In this document: positions 8,408-16,879 of the stretch, in pieces
How the letters are laid out: the number at the start of each line of letters is the position of its first letter
Position numbering within the stretch: position 1 is the first letter of the stretch
From: Geminicoccus sp.
Lineage (GTDB): Bacteria; Pseudomonadota; Alphaproteobacteria; Geminicoccales; Geminicoccaceae
DNA: 64,000 bases
NCBI RefSeq assembly: GCF_035556675.1
Contig: NZ_DATMFZ010000308.1
Coordinates: 128 to 64,127 of the forward strand
Reading direction: 5' to 3'
The notes under the pieces: model-generated
Told to the model about the DNA's origin: nothing
Databases searched by the model: none
Seen by the model: only the letters and a program-made list of their open reading frames with translations
Position numbers and translations under genes: made by a program

Positions 8408-10285
8408 CTAGGAGCCCGGCTCGGTGCCGGGGCGCATCCGCTGGACCAGGTGATAGTGCTTGGAGCGGCAGCGCAGCGGATCCAGCGGGTGGATCCAGCG
8501 GGCGTTGAAGGCGTTGTGCCAGTCGCGCGGGGTATGGCCCAGCACGGGCTGCAGCGCGTTGATGTTCAGGCGCGGGCGCAGGAGGGGCACGGCACGCAGT
8601 AGCTTCCAGGCATAGAGCTTCAGCTTCCAGCCACGGATGTCGCCGCCCAGATCCTTGTGCTTGGCCGCCAGCAGCCGGCGCGCCCGCTCGTGCTTCTCGG
8701 CCAGGCGCTTGGCCTCGGGGCTGTTCGGGTCGCTCGGCCAGCCGCGCCGGTGCAGGATCGCGATCTCCTTGGTGAATACCACCTCCTTGCCGGCCTTGAG
8801 CACGCGCAGGGTGAGATCGGGGTCGATGCCGTAGTCGCGCAACTCCTCGTCGAACCCGCCCAGTCGGCGCAGGAGCTCGCTCGACAGCACGCCCTGGTTG
8901 ACGTTGAGCACGCCGGCGACGCCGATCCCGCCGATATAGGGCGCCTTCACGAACGGCCCCACCAGGTCGCGGACCTTGAGGCCGACCATGCCGATGTTCG
9001 GGTTGTTCTCCAGGATCTCCACGGCCCGGTCGAGGGCGCCCTCGGTCACCAGATTGTCGTCGGACACCCAGCAGACATAGGGAGTCTCGACCCTGGCGAA
9101 GACCTCGTTCAGCGCCCGGGCCTGGCCGCGCCGCTCGCCTTCCCGGACCACCACGAGGTTGGCCTGTTTGCGCCGCTCCAGCATCTCCAGTGTGCCGTCC
9201 GTGCTGCCGGCATCGCTCACCACCACCAGATGCGGCACGTGGGTGTGGGTCTCGATGCTGTCCAGCAGGTCGGAAAGGTCCCCGCACCGGTCACAGGTGC
9301 CCACCACCACGGTGAGCTTGGCGGTGGAGTGATCCGGCAGGCGCAGCCCCTCGCGCATGCCGAGCTCGTTGAGCGCCCAGCGGGCATAGCTGCCGATCCC
9401 CTCGGCCAGCGCCACGCCCGGCCGGAAGCCCAGCTCGCGGATCATCCGGTCGGCGTTGGCGACCAGACTTTTCGGGTTGCCGCGATGCTCCTGGCCACCG
9501 AAGTTCAGGTTGACGAACCGGCCGGTCGCAGTGGCGAGCCGGTCGGCGATCGCGCGCACCGTGGTGGCCGTGCCGGTGCCGCCATTGACCAGGACGCAGT
9601 CGCCGAGTTCGGGATCGGCCAGCCGCACGATCAGCCGCGCGGCGTCCCGGCCATGCATGAAGTCGCGGGTCTCGTCACCCGTGCCGTACATCTGCAGGTC
9701 GAGCTGGCCGTCCGCGAGCTTGACGCAGGTGTCCCAGAGCAGCTGCTTGCGCAAGCCCTCCCCGTAGAGCGAGAAGAAGCGCACGATCCGGGTCCTGAGC
9801 CCAAGATCGCGCGCGGCCGAGCGCAAGAGTTCCTCGCAGGCGACCTTGTGGCTGCCATAGACCGAGACCGGCCGCAGCGGGTCGTCCTCGGTGGCGGGAT
9901 GGCCGCTCTCGCCATAGACCGCCGCGGAGGAGGGATAGATCAGCACCGCGTCCGGCGCCGCCTCGCGCAACACCTCGATCACATCCGCCGTCAGCACCAC
10001 CGAGCGCCGGAACTCGCCGAACGGATCGGCCTGCGCCTTGCCGACACTGCCGGTGCCGGCACAATGGACCACGAGCTGCGGCTTGCCCGAGGACGCGATC
10101 AGCTCCTGGAGGCTCGCCTTGGTGACCTCGCCCTCCACCGCCGTGGCGAGCGGCAGGCCGCGCCGGCCATGGCCGATCCCGACCACCCGCCAGCCGGCCT
10201 TCACCAGTTCCTCGACCACCATTCCGCCGAGGAAACCGAAGCAGCCGGTCACCAGGGCCAGGCGGTCGACCCGCTTGCCGGTCAT
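8408..10285 (-). CDS. bifunctional fusion: NAD-dependent epimerase/dehydratase (extended SDR) + family-2 glycosyltransferase
   Basis: It is one uninterrupted 625-aa ORF. The N-terminal part has LVTGCFGFLGG and YGSHK (Rossmann fold plus YxxxK). The C-terminal part has VVVSDAGSTDGT ... WVSDDN, a GT2 nucleotide-binding/DxD-like pattern. Confidence 0.85.
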   Translation of the reverse strand: MTGKRVDRLALVTGCFGFLGGMVVEELVKAGWRVVGIGHGRRGLPLATAVEGEVTKASLQELIASSGKPQLVVHCAGTGSVGKAQADPFGEFRRSVVLTADVIEVLREAAPDAVLIYPSSAAVYGESGHPATEDDPLRPVSVYGSHKVACEELLRSAARDLGLRTRIVRFFSLYGEGLRKQLLWDTCVKLADGQLDLQMYGTGDETRDFMHGRDAARLIVRLADPELGDCVLVNGGTGTATTVRAIADRLATATGRFVNLNFGGQEHRGNPKSLVANADRMIRELGFRPGVALAEGIGSYARWALNELGMREGLRLPDHSTAKLTVVVGTCDRCGDLSDLLDSIETHTHVPHLVVVSDAGSTDGTLEMLERRKQANLVVVREGERRGQARALNEVFARVETPYVCWVSDDNLVTEGALDRAVEILENNPNIGMVGLKVRDLVGPFVKAPYIGGIGVAGVLNVNQGVLSSELLRRLGGFDEELRDYGIDPDLTLRVLKAGKEVVFTKEIAILHRRGWPSDPNSPEAKRLAEKHERARRLLAAKHKDLGGDIRGWKLKLYAWKLLRAVPLLRPRLNINALQPVLGHTPRDWHNAFNARWIHPLDPLRCRSKHYHLVQRMRPGTEPGS

Positions 10286-10287
10286 CG

Positions 10288-11139
10288 TCAGTGCTTGCGG
10301 ATCGCGAAGCCCACGCCGTAACCGGCGTCCGCGAAGGTCCAGGCGGAAAAGCGCGGGTCGTTCGCCACCTGCGTACGCCAGACCTCCGCCAGGCCCGGAT
10401 GGACCGGGTGGCTGACATCGTCGAACACCACCGCACCGCCCACGGCCAGATGCGGCAGGACGTCGGCCAGATCCTCGGCGGCACCGGGATCGGTGTGGTC
10501 GCCGTCCACGGTGATCAGGTCGAAATAGGTGCCTGGATTCTCGGTGAAATACTTCTTCACCGTCACATGGCTATTGCCGTCGATGAACTCGGCCTTGCCG
10601 GTATGGCCGACCTTCTTCAGCTCCGCCCGGACGAAATCCGGGCCAGGGTTTTCCATGCCGGCATAGTTCTTCATCCACATGTCGAACAGGACCACGTCGA
10701 CGCTAGGCGTCTGGCTCGCCACGGTGCAGACCGAGCGGCCGCGACGCACGCCGATCTCCAGGTAGCGCCGGGGCCTGAGTGCCTTGGACATGGTGAGCAG
10801 GACGGTGACGATGTCGGCATAGATCCAGTCGTCGCCGAAGCGCTTCAGGCCCTCGGTGTAGAACCGGGTGAGGTAGCGCGTGTAGTCGTCGGGCGAGAGC
10901 TTGCCCATGATCTCCAGCGCGTCTTTCAGCGTCGCGGCGGAGGCGGCATCGAGCGCGAAGGTCTCGGCGCCGGCCATGACCGGCGGATACCATTCGGTCT
11001 CGCCTGGTGCCGCGCTGTAGCAGACCGCCTCGCAGCGCGCCGCGTCCTTGCCATAGGCAGGCTTGGCCCAGGCGGCGCGTTCCTCGGGCGTGGAGACGGG
11101 GGTCTGGGCGGGCTGGGAACGGAACAGGCGCCGGATCAT
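10288..11139 (-). CDS. class I SAM-dependent methyltransferase (Methyltransf_24-like)
   Basis: YLEIGVRRGRSV is motif I. FDLITVDGDHTDPGAAEDL...GGAVVFDD is also present. The stop lies 2 nt before the next gene's start, and the ATG overlaps the upstream stop (ATGA). Confidence 0.8.
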   Translation of the reverse strand: MIRRLFRSQPAQTPVSTPEERAAWAKPAYGKDAARCEAVCYSAAPGETEWYPPVMAGAETFALDAASAATLKDALEIMGKLSPDDYTRYLTRFYTEGLKRFGDDWIYADIVTVLLTMSKALRPRRYLEIGVRRGRSVCTVASQTPSVDVVLFDMWMKNYAGMENPGPDFVRAELKKVGHTGKAEFIDGNSHVTVKKYFTENPGTYFDLITVDGDHTDPGAAEDLADVLPHLAVGGAVVFDDVSHPVHPGLAEVWRTQVANDPRFSAWTFADAGYGVGFAIRKH

Positions 11140-11804
11140 GCGGCAACGAACTCCTTGAGGTTGCGGACCGGCACGGCCGGGTTGCCGCTGGCGATGACGC
11201 CGGAGGGAAGGTCGGTGGAGACGACCGAGCCGCCCGCCACCACGGTATCGTCGCCGATCGTCACGCCCCGGAACACGATGGCGTTCATGCCGAGCCAGCA
11301 GCGTCGGCCAATGGTCACCGATGCATGGGCGATCCGATAGTCGGTGTTCTTCGACAAGCCCAGGATCTTCGCGAAGTGGCGCTCGCGCTCCTCCGCATCG
11401 ATCGGATGGGTGTTGTTGTCGAACACCTGCACGCCATGGGCGAACAGGGTGCCGTCGCCGATCTGGATGTGGTTCATCGCCGAGATCAGCACGCCGTCGC
11501 CGAAATAGCAGCGCTCGCCGACCGTGAGCCGGCCGGTGGGCTCCAGGCGCATGATCGCGCGGCTGACGGTGTGGCGGCCGATGCTGACGGCCTCGCGCTT
11601 GTTGCGGTTGACCAGCCGGGCGTCCAGGCCCAGCCGGATGTCCGGGCCCAGCTGGCCCGCCGCATGGAAGGAGCGCCAGACCGCCTGCAGCCGGCGTGCG
11701 GCGGCCAGCGAGCGCGTCATCTTGAAGGCGGCGAGGAAGCCGGACGGCTCCAGGAACACGGGCCCGTCGGCGAACGCATGGTCAAAGGGAGAGAGTGCCG
11801 GCAT
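11136..11804 (-). CDS. hexapeptide-repeat (LbH) acyl/acetyltransferase
   Basis: This is the C-terminal 222 aa of ORF 11136..13226, starting at the ATG at 11804. IGDGTLFAHGVQVFD...IGRRCWLGMNAIVFRGVTIGDDTVVAGGSVV is a left-handed beta-helix repeat, as in WcaF/LacA-type O-acetyltransferases. Confidence 0.8.
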   Translation of the reverse strand: MPALSPFDHAFADGPVFLEPSGFLAAFKMTRSLAAARRLQAVWRSFHAAGQLGPDIRLGLDARLVNRNKREAVSIGRHTVSRAIMRLEPTGRLTVGERCYFGDGVLISAMNHIQIGDGTLFAHGVQVFDNNTHPIDAEERERHFAKILGLSKNTDYRIAHASVTIGRRCWLGMNAIVFRGVTIGDDTVVAGGSVVSTDLPSGVIASGNPAVPVRNLKEFVAA

Positions 11805-11936
11805 GCGGCCTGGTGACCGTTCGCGAGGGGGTGGATCTTCGCCCAGGCGCCAAATGGTCGGCGCGGATGGCGTCTCATCGCGAGAGGTTCTAGACGGGCA
11901 CGGCAACCGGTTCAAGAACGCGAGTCTGTCCTGCTC

Positions 11937-12848
11937 ATGCGCCTGACCTGGCCGTTTGGCCGTGCCACGACCGGGGGCCCGCCGCCCCAGCCCCCGACGC
12001 CCCGGCCCGCGGCGACCGCGTACCGGCCGACCGACCTGTCGAAGATCTCGGTGGTGCTGGGCACGCTCGACCGGCTGCATCTGCTGGTACCCGCGATCGA
12101 GAGCGTGCGGGCGCAGCAGGTGGCGGCCGAAGTCGAGATCGTGGCGATCGACGGCGGCTCGACGGACGGGACGCTGCCCTGGCTCACCGCGCAGAAGGAC
12201 ATCATCACGATCGTCCAGCACAATCGCGGGGAATGGCAGGGCAGGCCTCTGCCGAAGCGCAGCTGGGGCTTCTTCATGAACCTCGCGTTTCGCGCGGCCA
12301 ATGCCGAGATCGTCTGCATGATCTCCGACGACTGCCTCGTGCTGCCGGGCGCACTCCAGGCGGGGCTGGACCGGCTGGCGGCGCTGGAAGCGAAGGGCGA
12401 GCGGGTAGGGGGGCTGGCCTTCCCGTTCCGCAACTGGCCGGACGACCAGCGCTTCTTCGTGGGCCGGACGCTGGGCGGGCGGATGATGGTGAACCATGGC
12501 TTCCTCTTGCGCCGGGCCATGGCGGATGTCGGCTGGATCGATGCCGAGGCGTACCGGTTCTACAAGGCCGACAGCGATCTCTGCCTGAAGATGTGGGACC
12601 GGGGCTGGTCGATTCACGACGTGCCGGACGCTCATGTCGAGCACTATGTCGATCCCGGCGAGGCGCTGAGGGTGCAGAACAACGCGACCATGGCCGCCGA
12701 CCGGGACGTGTACGTGCAGCGCTGGCAGGAGCTGGCGAAGCGGGAGCTGCCGTCGCGGCAGGAATATGACTGGCAGGATCCGGAAGGCACGGCCGACCGG
12801 GTGTTCGGGTCGATCCGGCAGCAGAGTCTGGAGGCGAGTGCGTCGTGA
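11937..12848 (+). CDS. family-2 glycosyltransferase
   Basis: ISVVLGTLDRLHLL...IVAIDGGSTDGT...MISDDC is GT2-like. The N-terminal ~30 aa are Pro-rich, so the true start may be later. Confidence 0.75.
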   Translation: MRLTWPFGRATTGGPPPQPPTPRPAATAYRPTDLSKISVVLGTLDRLHLLVPAIESVRAQQVAAEVEIVAIDGGSTDGTLPWLTAQKDIITIVQHNRGEWQGRPLPKRSWGFFMNLAFRAANAEIVCMISDDCLVLPGALQAGLDRLAALEAKGERVGGLAFPFRNWPDDQRFFVGRTLGGRMMVNHGFLLRRAMADVGWIDAEAYRFYKADSDLCLKMWDRGWSIHDVPDAHVEHYVDPGEALRVQNNATMAADRDVYVQRWQELAKRELPSRQEYDWQDPEGTADRVFGSIRQQSLEASAS

Positions 12849-14116
12849 GGATCGGGCTGCGCGTCCTGAGCAATCCCCTGTGGACCGGCGGCATCCACTA
12901 TGTGCTGGCCTGGGCCACCGCTTTGTCCCGCCTGCCGGCCATCGAGCGGCCAGAGGTCGTGCTGCTGGTGGCGGACGAGCGCGGCCAGCCGATCGCCGAG
13001 GCCAACCGGCACCTGGCGGCGGCGGTCGAGCCGTTCGACCGCGCGGCCAACCTCGACCTGGACTTGGTCTACTCGGCCACCCAGCTGTTCGAGGCGCCGA
13101 TCGGGGCACCCTGGGCCGGTTGGATCCCGGACTGGCAGTGCCGCTACCTGCCCGAATTGTTCGACCAGGCTGAGTACGCCCGGCGCGACCTGCATTTCCG
13201 GCTGCTGGCGACCCGAACACCGGCACTCGCCGTTTCCTCCGCGATGGCCGAGGCGGACACGCGCCGGATCGTCGGGGACGCCATGGTGCCGACCGTGCGC
13301 CTGCCCTTTCCGGCCCTGGTCGACCCGGCCGAGGTGGCGGCCCTGCCGCGCGCCGAGGAGGCGCCGGAGCGCTACCTGCTGATCTGCAATCAGTGGTGGC
13401 GGCACAAGAACCTGGAACTGCCGGTGGAAGCCCTGGCGCGCTGCCGGGACCGGACGGCCCGGCTGGTGTTCACCGGTGAGACCAAGGACCCGCGCTGGCC
13501 GGACAACGAGGCGCGGATCCGCGGGCTGATCGAGCGCCATGGCCTGGCCGGGCGCTGCCACGTGCTGGGCCGCATCCCGCGCATCACCCAGCTGGCCCTG
13601 CTGCGCGACTGCGTGGCCGTGATCCAGCCGTCCCGCTTCGAGGGCTGGAGCTCGGTGGTGGAGGAGGCCAAGGTCCTGCACCGCCCGCTGCTGCTGGCGG
13701 AGTTCCCGGTCCATCGCGAGCAGGCGCCGGATGCCCGCTTCTTCGGCGCGGACGACCCGGACGCGCTGGCGCAAGCGATGGACGATGCCTGGGCCGGCCG
13801 GATCGAGCCGGTCCCGTTCGACGCCGAGGCCAACGTGCTGGCCTGCGCCAGGCGGCTGGTCGACCTGGCCGGCATCACCCGCCAGCGCTACGACCCGCAG
13901 CGCCACGACCCGGCCGTGCTGCTGCCGGAGTTCGAGCGGGAGCTGGACCGGCTGGCCGCGGATCCGGCGATGGCCGACCTGGTCCAGCGCCAGCGGGGTG
14001 CCGTGCATGCCCTGCGCCGGCGGGTGGCCGCGGTGGCCGCCGACCGGCCGGTGCCGGTGGCGGCGGCACCCTCCGTGCTCGGGCGGCTGAAGGGCTGGCT
14101 GTCAGGCCGCCGCTGA
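12845..14116 (+). CDS. GT-B glycosyltransferase (GT1/GT4, Glycos_transf_1-like)
   Basis: The GTG start overlaps the GT2 stop (GTGA). PSRFEGWSSVVEEA is the E-x7-E motif of retaining GT4 enzymes. Confidence 0.75.
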   Translation: MRIGLRVLSNPLWTGGIHYVLAWATALSRLPAIERPEVVLLVADERGQPIAEANRHLAAAVEPFDRAANLDLDLVYSATQLFEAPIGAPWAGWIPDWQCRYLPELFDQAEYARRDLHFRLLATRTPALAVSSAMAEADTRRIVGDAMVPTVRLPFPALVDPAEVAALPRAEEAPERYLLICNQWWRHKNLELPVEALARCRDRTARLVFTGETKDPRWPDNEARIRGLIERHGLAGRCHVLGRIPRITQLALLRDCVAVIQPSRFEGWSSVVEEAKVLHRPLLLAEFPVHREQAPDARFFGADDPDALAQAMDDAWAGRIEPVPFDAEANVLACARRLVDLAGITRQRYDPQRHDPAVLLPEFERELDRLAADPAMADLVQRQRGAVHALRRRVAAVAADRPVPVAAAPSVLGRLKGWLSGRR

Positions 14117-15814
14117 GGCCGGCTCGGCGTCGTGCAGGCCCAGCGTCTCGGCCGGGTAGACGAACGGGCTGCCGTTCAGGATGCCGTCGCAGATCACGTC
14201 CAGGCCCGGATGGTGGCCCGGCATCAGCTCCTCCAGGCTGGTGATGCCCAGGTCGTACATGGCCTTGGACTTGGACGGCACCAGGAAGGGCAGCGGCAGC
14301 ATCCGCCGGAAGAAGAAGTGGTAGGCGTACATCCGGGCCCGGCGGACCGTCGCCGCGTCCAGGCGGCGGCCGAACGGCAGCCCGCCCAGGATCTCGCGAT
14401 AATGCTCCACCGAGCGGGCGTCGGTGGTGAGGCCCTTGTTGCGGATCCAGGCCTCGCCCGCGACGATCACCGGGATGCCCAGCGAGGTCAGCTCCACGCC
14501 GGTCTTGGTGCCGTACACGATCGCCGAATCGCACAGCAGCATGGCCGCATAGGTGCTGACCTGCTCCTCCGGCCCGATCACGTGGACGTTGGGCGGCAGC
14601 ACCGGGAAGACCTTGGCGATCTCTTCCACCGCCTTCTGCCGGGCCGGCACCGTGCCGCGGATCTCGGCCGGGTGGACCCGAATCAGGAGCTGCAGCTCCG
14701 GGTGCTCGGCGAACCAGCGCACCGTCTCGATCAGCCAGGCCCCCATGTTGGGGAAGGCGTTGGCCGGGTAGTGGAGCTGGGCGTCCCAGAACACGTTGGT
14801 CAGGCAGCCGATGATCGGCTTGTTCCGGTCGATCTTGCGCTCGTTGATGAGCTTCTCGACATCCTCGTCGGGCTTCTCGTGGAACCAGATCCAGTCGCGC
14901 GTGCCGGACCAGCGACTCTTGAGATAGTCGACGATCAGCTGCTCCTGCGCGTCGTCGAACGGCAGGTTCTCCCACTCGGACACCGGCTCGTCCATGAGCG
15001 TGTGGTGATAGGTGTCGTGGTGGCTGAAGATGAAGCAGTTCTTGCGATACGCCGCGACCCAGTTGGCGACATGGACGCCCTGCCGGCGGCAGGCCTCGCC
15101 GACGATGCCCTGCGGCACGTAGATGCCGTGGTGGAAGGCGGCGGCGTCGATCCGCTCCTTCGCGAACAGCGCCTTCATGGCAAACGCGGTGATCAGCGAT
15201 GCCTCGAAATAGCGGCGCAGCACCGGCTCGCCCAAAGGCTCGTTCTCGAGCGTGCCGCGGGCGAAGAAGCGCAAGGCACCGGCCTTGGCATGGTCGCCCA
15301 CCGCCATGCCATCCAGCACGTAGGTCGGGATCTGGTCGGCCGGGAGGGTCTCGGCGAGACGGCGTGCCTCGGCCTTGGCCCGGTCGTCGCATAATGTGCC
15401 GAGCGTGTGGTGCTCGATCGGCAGCTGCTCGAACACCATCGAGCCGGTCTTGAAGCAGTGCTTGCACAGCCGCTCAGCCAGACGCCGGTCGACCAGGTCC
15501 TCCGGTCCCTTGAGATTGGTCCACATCGCCTGCAGGCAGCCGGGCAGGGCTGCATCACATAGGAGATGGTGGACTTTGGCGCCACGCAGTGCCAGGGAGA
15601 CCGCGAGCACGCTTTCCAGCAGGGTCACCAGGGCGTGGCCGCCGGTGTTGGTGGCGATCAGGACCGACTTGCCCTTGTGCGACCGGCGTGTGGCCCGCTC
15701 CCACAAGGCGCGGTCCTTCTCGATCAGGCTGGCCCAGTCGACCAGGGCACCCTGGGCGGCGGCACGGATCGGGGCCGCCTCGGCCTTGAGCCGGCGGAAC
15801 AGGCGCTGCAGCAA
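14102..15814 (-). CDS. capsule polysaccharide biosynthesis protein (Capsule_synth / KpsC-KpsS-like)
   Basis: This is the C-terminal 570 aa of ORF 14102..16603. I place the start at TTG 15814, 9 nt after a GGAG, because no in-frame ATG or GTG is nearby. LIATNTGGHAL..., LIRVHPAE (HP motif) and VYGTKTGVELTSLGIPVIVAG resemble KpsS/KpsC-type ulosonic-acid transferases. The family call is from memory. Confidence 0.65.
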   Translation of the reverse strand: MLQRLFRRLKAEAAPIRAAAQGALVDWASLIEKDRALWERATRRSHKGKSVLIATNTGGHALVTLLESVLAVSLALRGAKVHHLLCDAALPGCLQAMWTNLKGPEDLVDRRLAERLCKHCFKTGSMVFEQLPIEHHTLGTLCDDRAKAEARRLAETLPADQIPTYVLDGMAVGDHAKAGALRFFARGTLENEPLGEPVLRRYFEASLITAFAMKALFAKERIDAAAFHHGIYVPQGIVGEACRRQGVHVANWVAAYRKNCFIFSHHDTYHHTLMDEPVSEWENLPFDDAQEQLIVDYLKSRWSGTRDWIWFHEKPDEDVEKLINERKIDRNKPIIGCLTNVFWDAQLHYPANAFPNMGAWLIETVRWFAEHPELQLLIRVHPAEIRGTVPARQKAVEEIAKVFPVLPPNVHVIGPEEQVSTYAAMLLCDSAIVYGTKTGVELTSLGIPVIVAGEAWIRNKGLTTDARSVEHYREILGGLPFGRRLDAATVRRARMYAYHFFFRRMLPLPFLVPSKSKAMYDLGITSLEELMPGHHPGLDVICDGILNGSPFVYPAETLGLHDAEPASAAA

Positions 15815-15988
15815 GGACGGAAACTCCAGACGCCCATGAACCGGACGCGAGGGGGGAATTGATGTCCGCCTAGGATCATGCGATAGGCGCGCTGTCAATC
15901 GCGCCGGACACGCCCAGGTAGAATTGCCGCTCCGGGTGCCTTGCGGCCGGCGCGTGCGACCCGATGAGAGATCGAGAGTCCCCCGTCC

Positions 15989-16879
15989 ATGGCAGTCATC
16001 CAGTCGCCGCGTCAGGACCAGACGCAGCAGACTCTCGTGATCGAGCACAAGAGCGTGGCGGACCTCGCCACGATGTGGCGGGACCTGTGGGCGTACCGAC
16101 ACCTGATCCGCTATCTGGCCGGCCGCGAACTCAAGGGCCGCTACCGTGCCTTCACGCTCGGGCGCGCCTGGTTCCTGATCAAGCCGCTCTCGGAGATGCT
16201 GGTCTACGTGCTGATCTTCGGGCTGGTCCTGAAGCTGCACCGCGGCAGCCTGCCCTACCCGCTGCACGTCTATACCGGCCTGATCGCCTGGCTGTTCTTC
16301 GCCGGGGCGGCCACCCGCGTGTCCTCCAGCTTCACCAGCTATCGCGGGATGATGACCAAGGTCTACTTCCCGCGCCTGGTCCCGCCGATCGTGGCGCTGG
16401 TGGTGGAGTTCGCCGACATGGCGGCGGCCTTCGCCTTCGGCGTGCTGATGATGGCGACCTACATCCTGGTGCCGGGCCTGCTGGGTGAGGGTGAGAGCGC
16501 CACGCCAGGGATCGGCCTCGTCACCTTGCCGCTCTGGCTGCTCCTGCTGGTGATCTGGACTGCGGGCGTCGGCCTGTTCGCGGCGTCGCGGAGCGTCAAG
16601 CATCGCGACGTCGGCATGATCCTGGCCATCTTCATGCGGGTCTGGATGTACACCGCACCGGTGATCTACCCGATCGCCTTCATTCCGGAGCGCTATCTCT
16701 GGCTCTACCGGATGAACCCGATCGCGGTGATCATCGAGGGCTTCCGCGCGTCGCTGACCGGCCAGGCCCTGCCGCCGCTCACGGCGATCCTATGGACCTT
16801 CATCACCGGAATGTGCCTCCTGGCCTACGCCCTGTTCCTGTATCGCCGCACCGAACGCGACATCGTCGACCACTTCTGA
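15989..16879 (+). CDS. wzm: ABC-2 type polysaccharide export permease
   Basis: It has 6 TM segments. RELKGRYRAFTLGRAWFLIKP and the MNPI...IEGFR signature are typical of Wzm/KpsM/TagG permeases. Confidence 0.9.
   Translation: MAVIQSPRQDQTQQTLVIEHKSVADLATMWRDLWAYRHLIRYLAGRELKGRYRAFTLGRAWFLIKPLSEMLVYVLIFGLVLKLHRGSLPYPLHVYTGLIAWLFFAGAATRVSSSFTSYRGMMTKVYFPRLVPPIVALVVEFADMAAAFAFGVLMMATYILVPGLLGEGESATPGIGLVTLPLWLLLLVIWTAGVGLFAASRSVKHRDVGMILAIFMRVWMYTAPVIYPIAFIPERYLWLYRMNPIAVIIEGFRASLTGQALPPLTAILWTFITGMCLLAYALFLYRRTERDIVDHF

Noticed and set aside
7605-9287. N-terminal extensions of several track ORFs. Examples are 7161..9287, 11136..13226, 14102..16603, 46370..48112, 45209..46174, 678..1760, 2451..2996, 3479..3991 and 52582..53634.
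   Set aside because: Only the C-terminal portions show family motifs, signal peptides or RBS-preceded starts. The upstream parts overlap better-supported genes and have junk composition. I trimmed these ORFs to internal starts.
14102-14116. Convergent 3'-end overlaps of gene pairs at 14102-14116, 26489-26517, 45209-45219, 54372-54381, 31576-31585 and 62573-62651, considered as possible antisense regulatory arrangements.
   Set aside because: Short tail overlaps are common in compact high-GC genomes. They can be explained by late stop codons, for example the 22 residues after the conserved GGGW end of the NodT protein. I see no additional structure.
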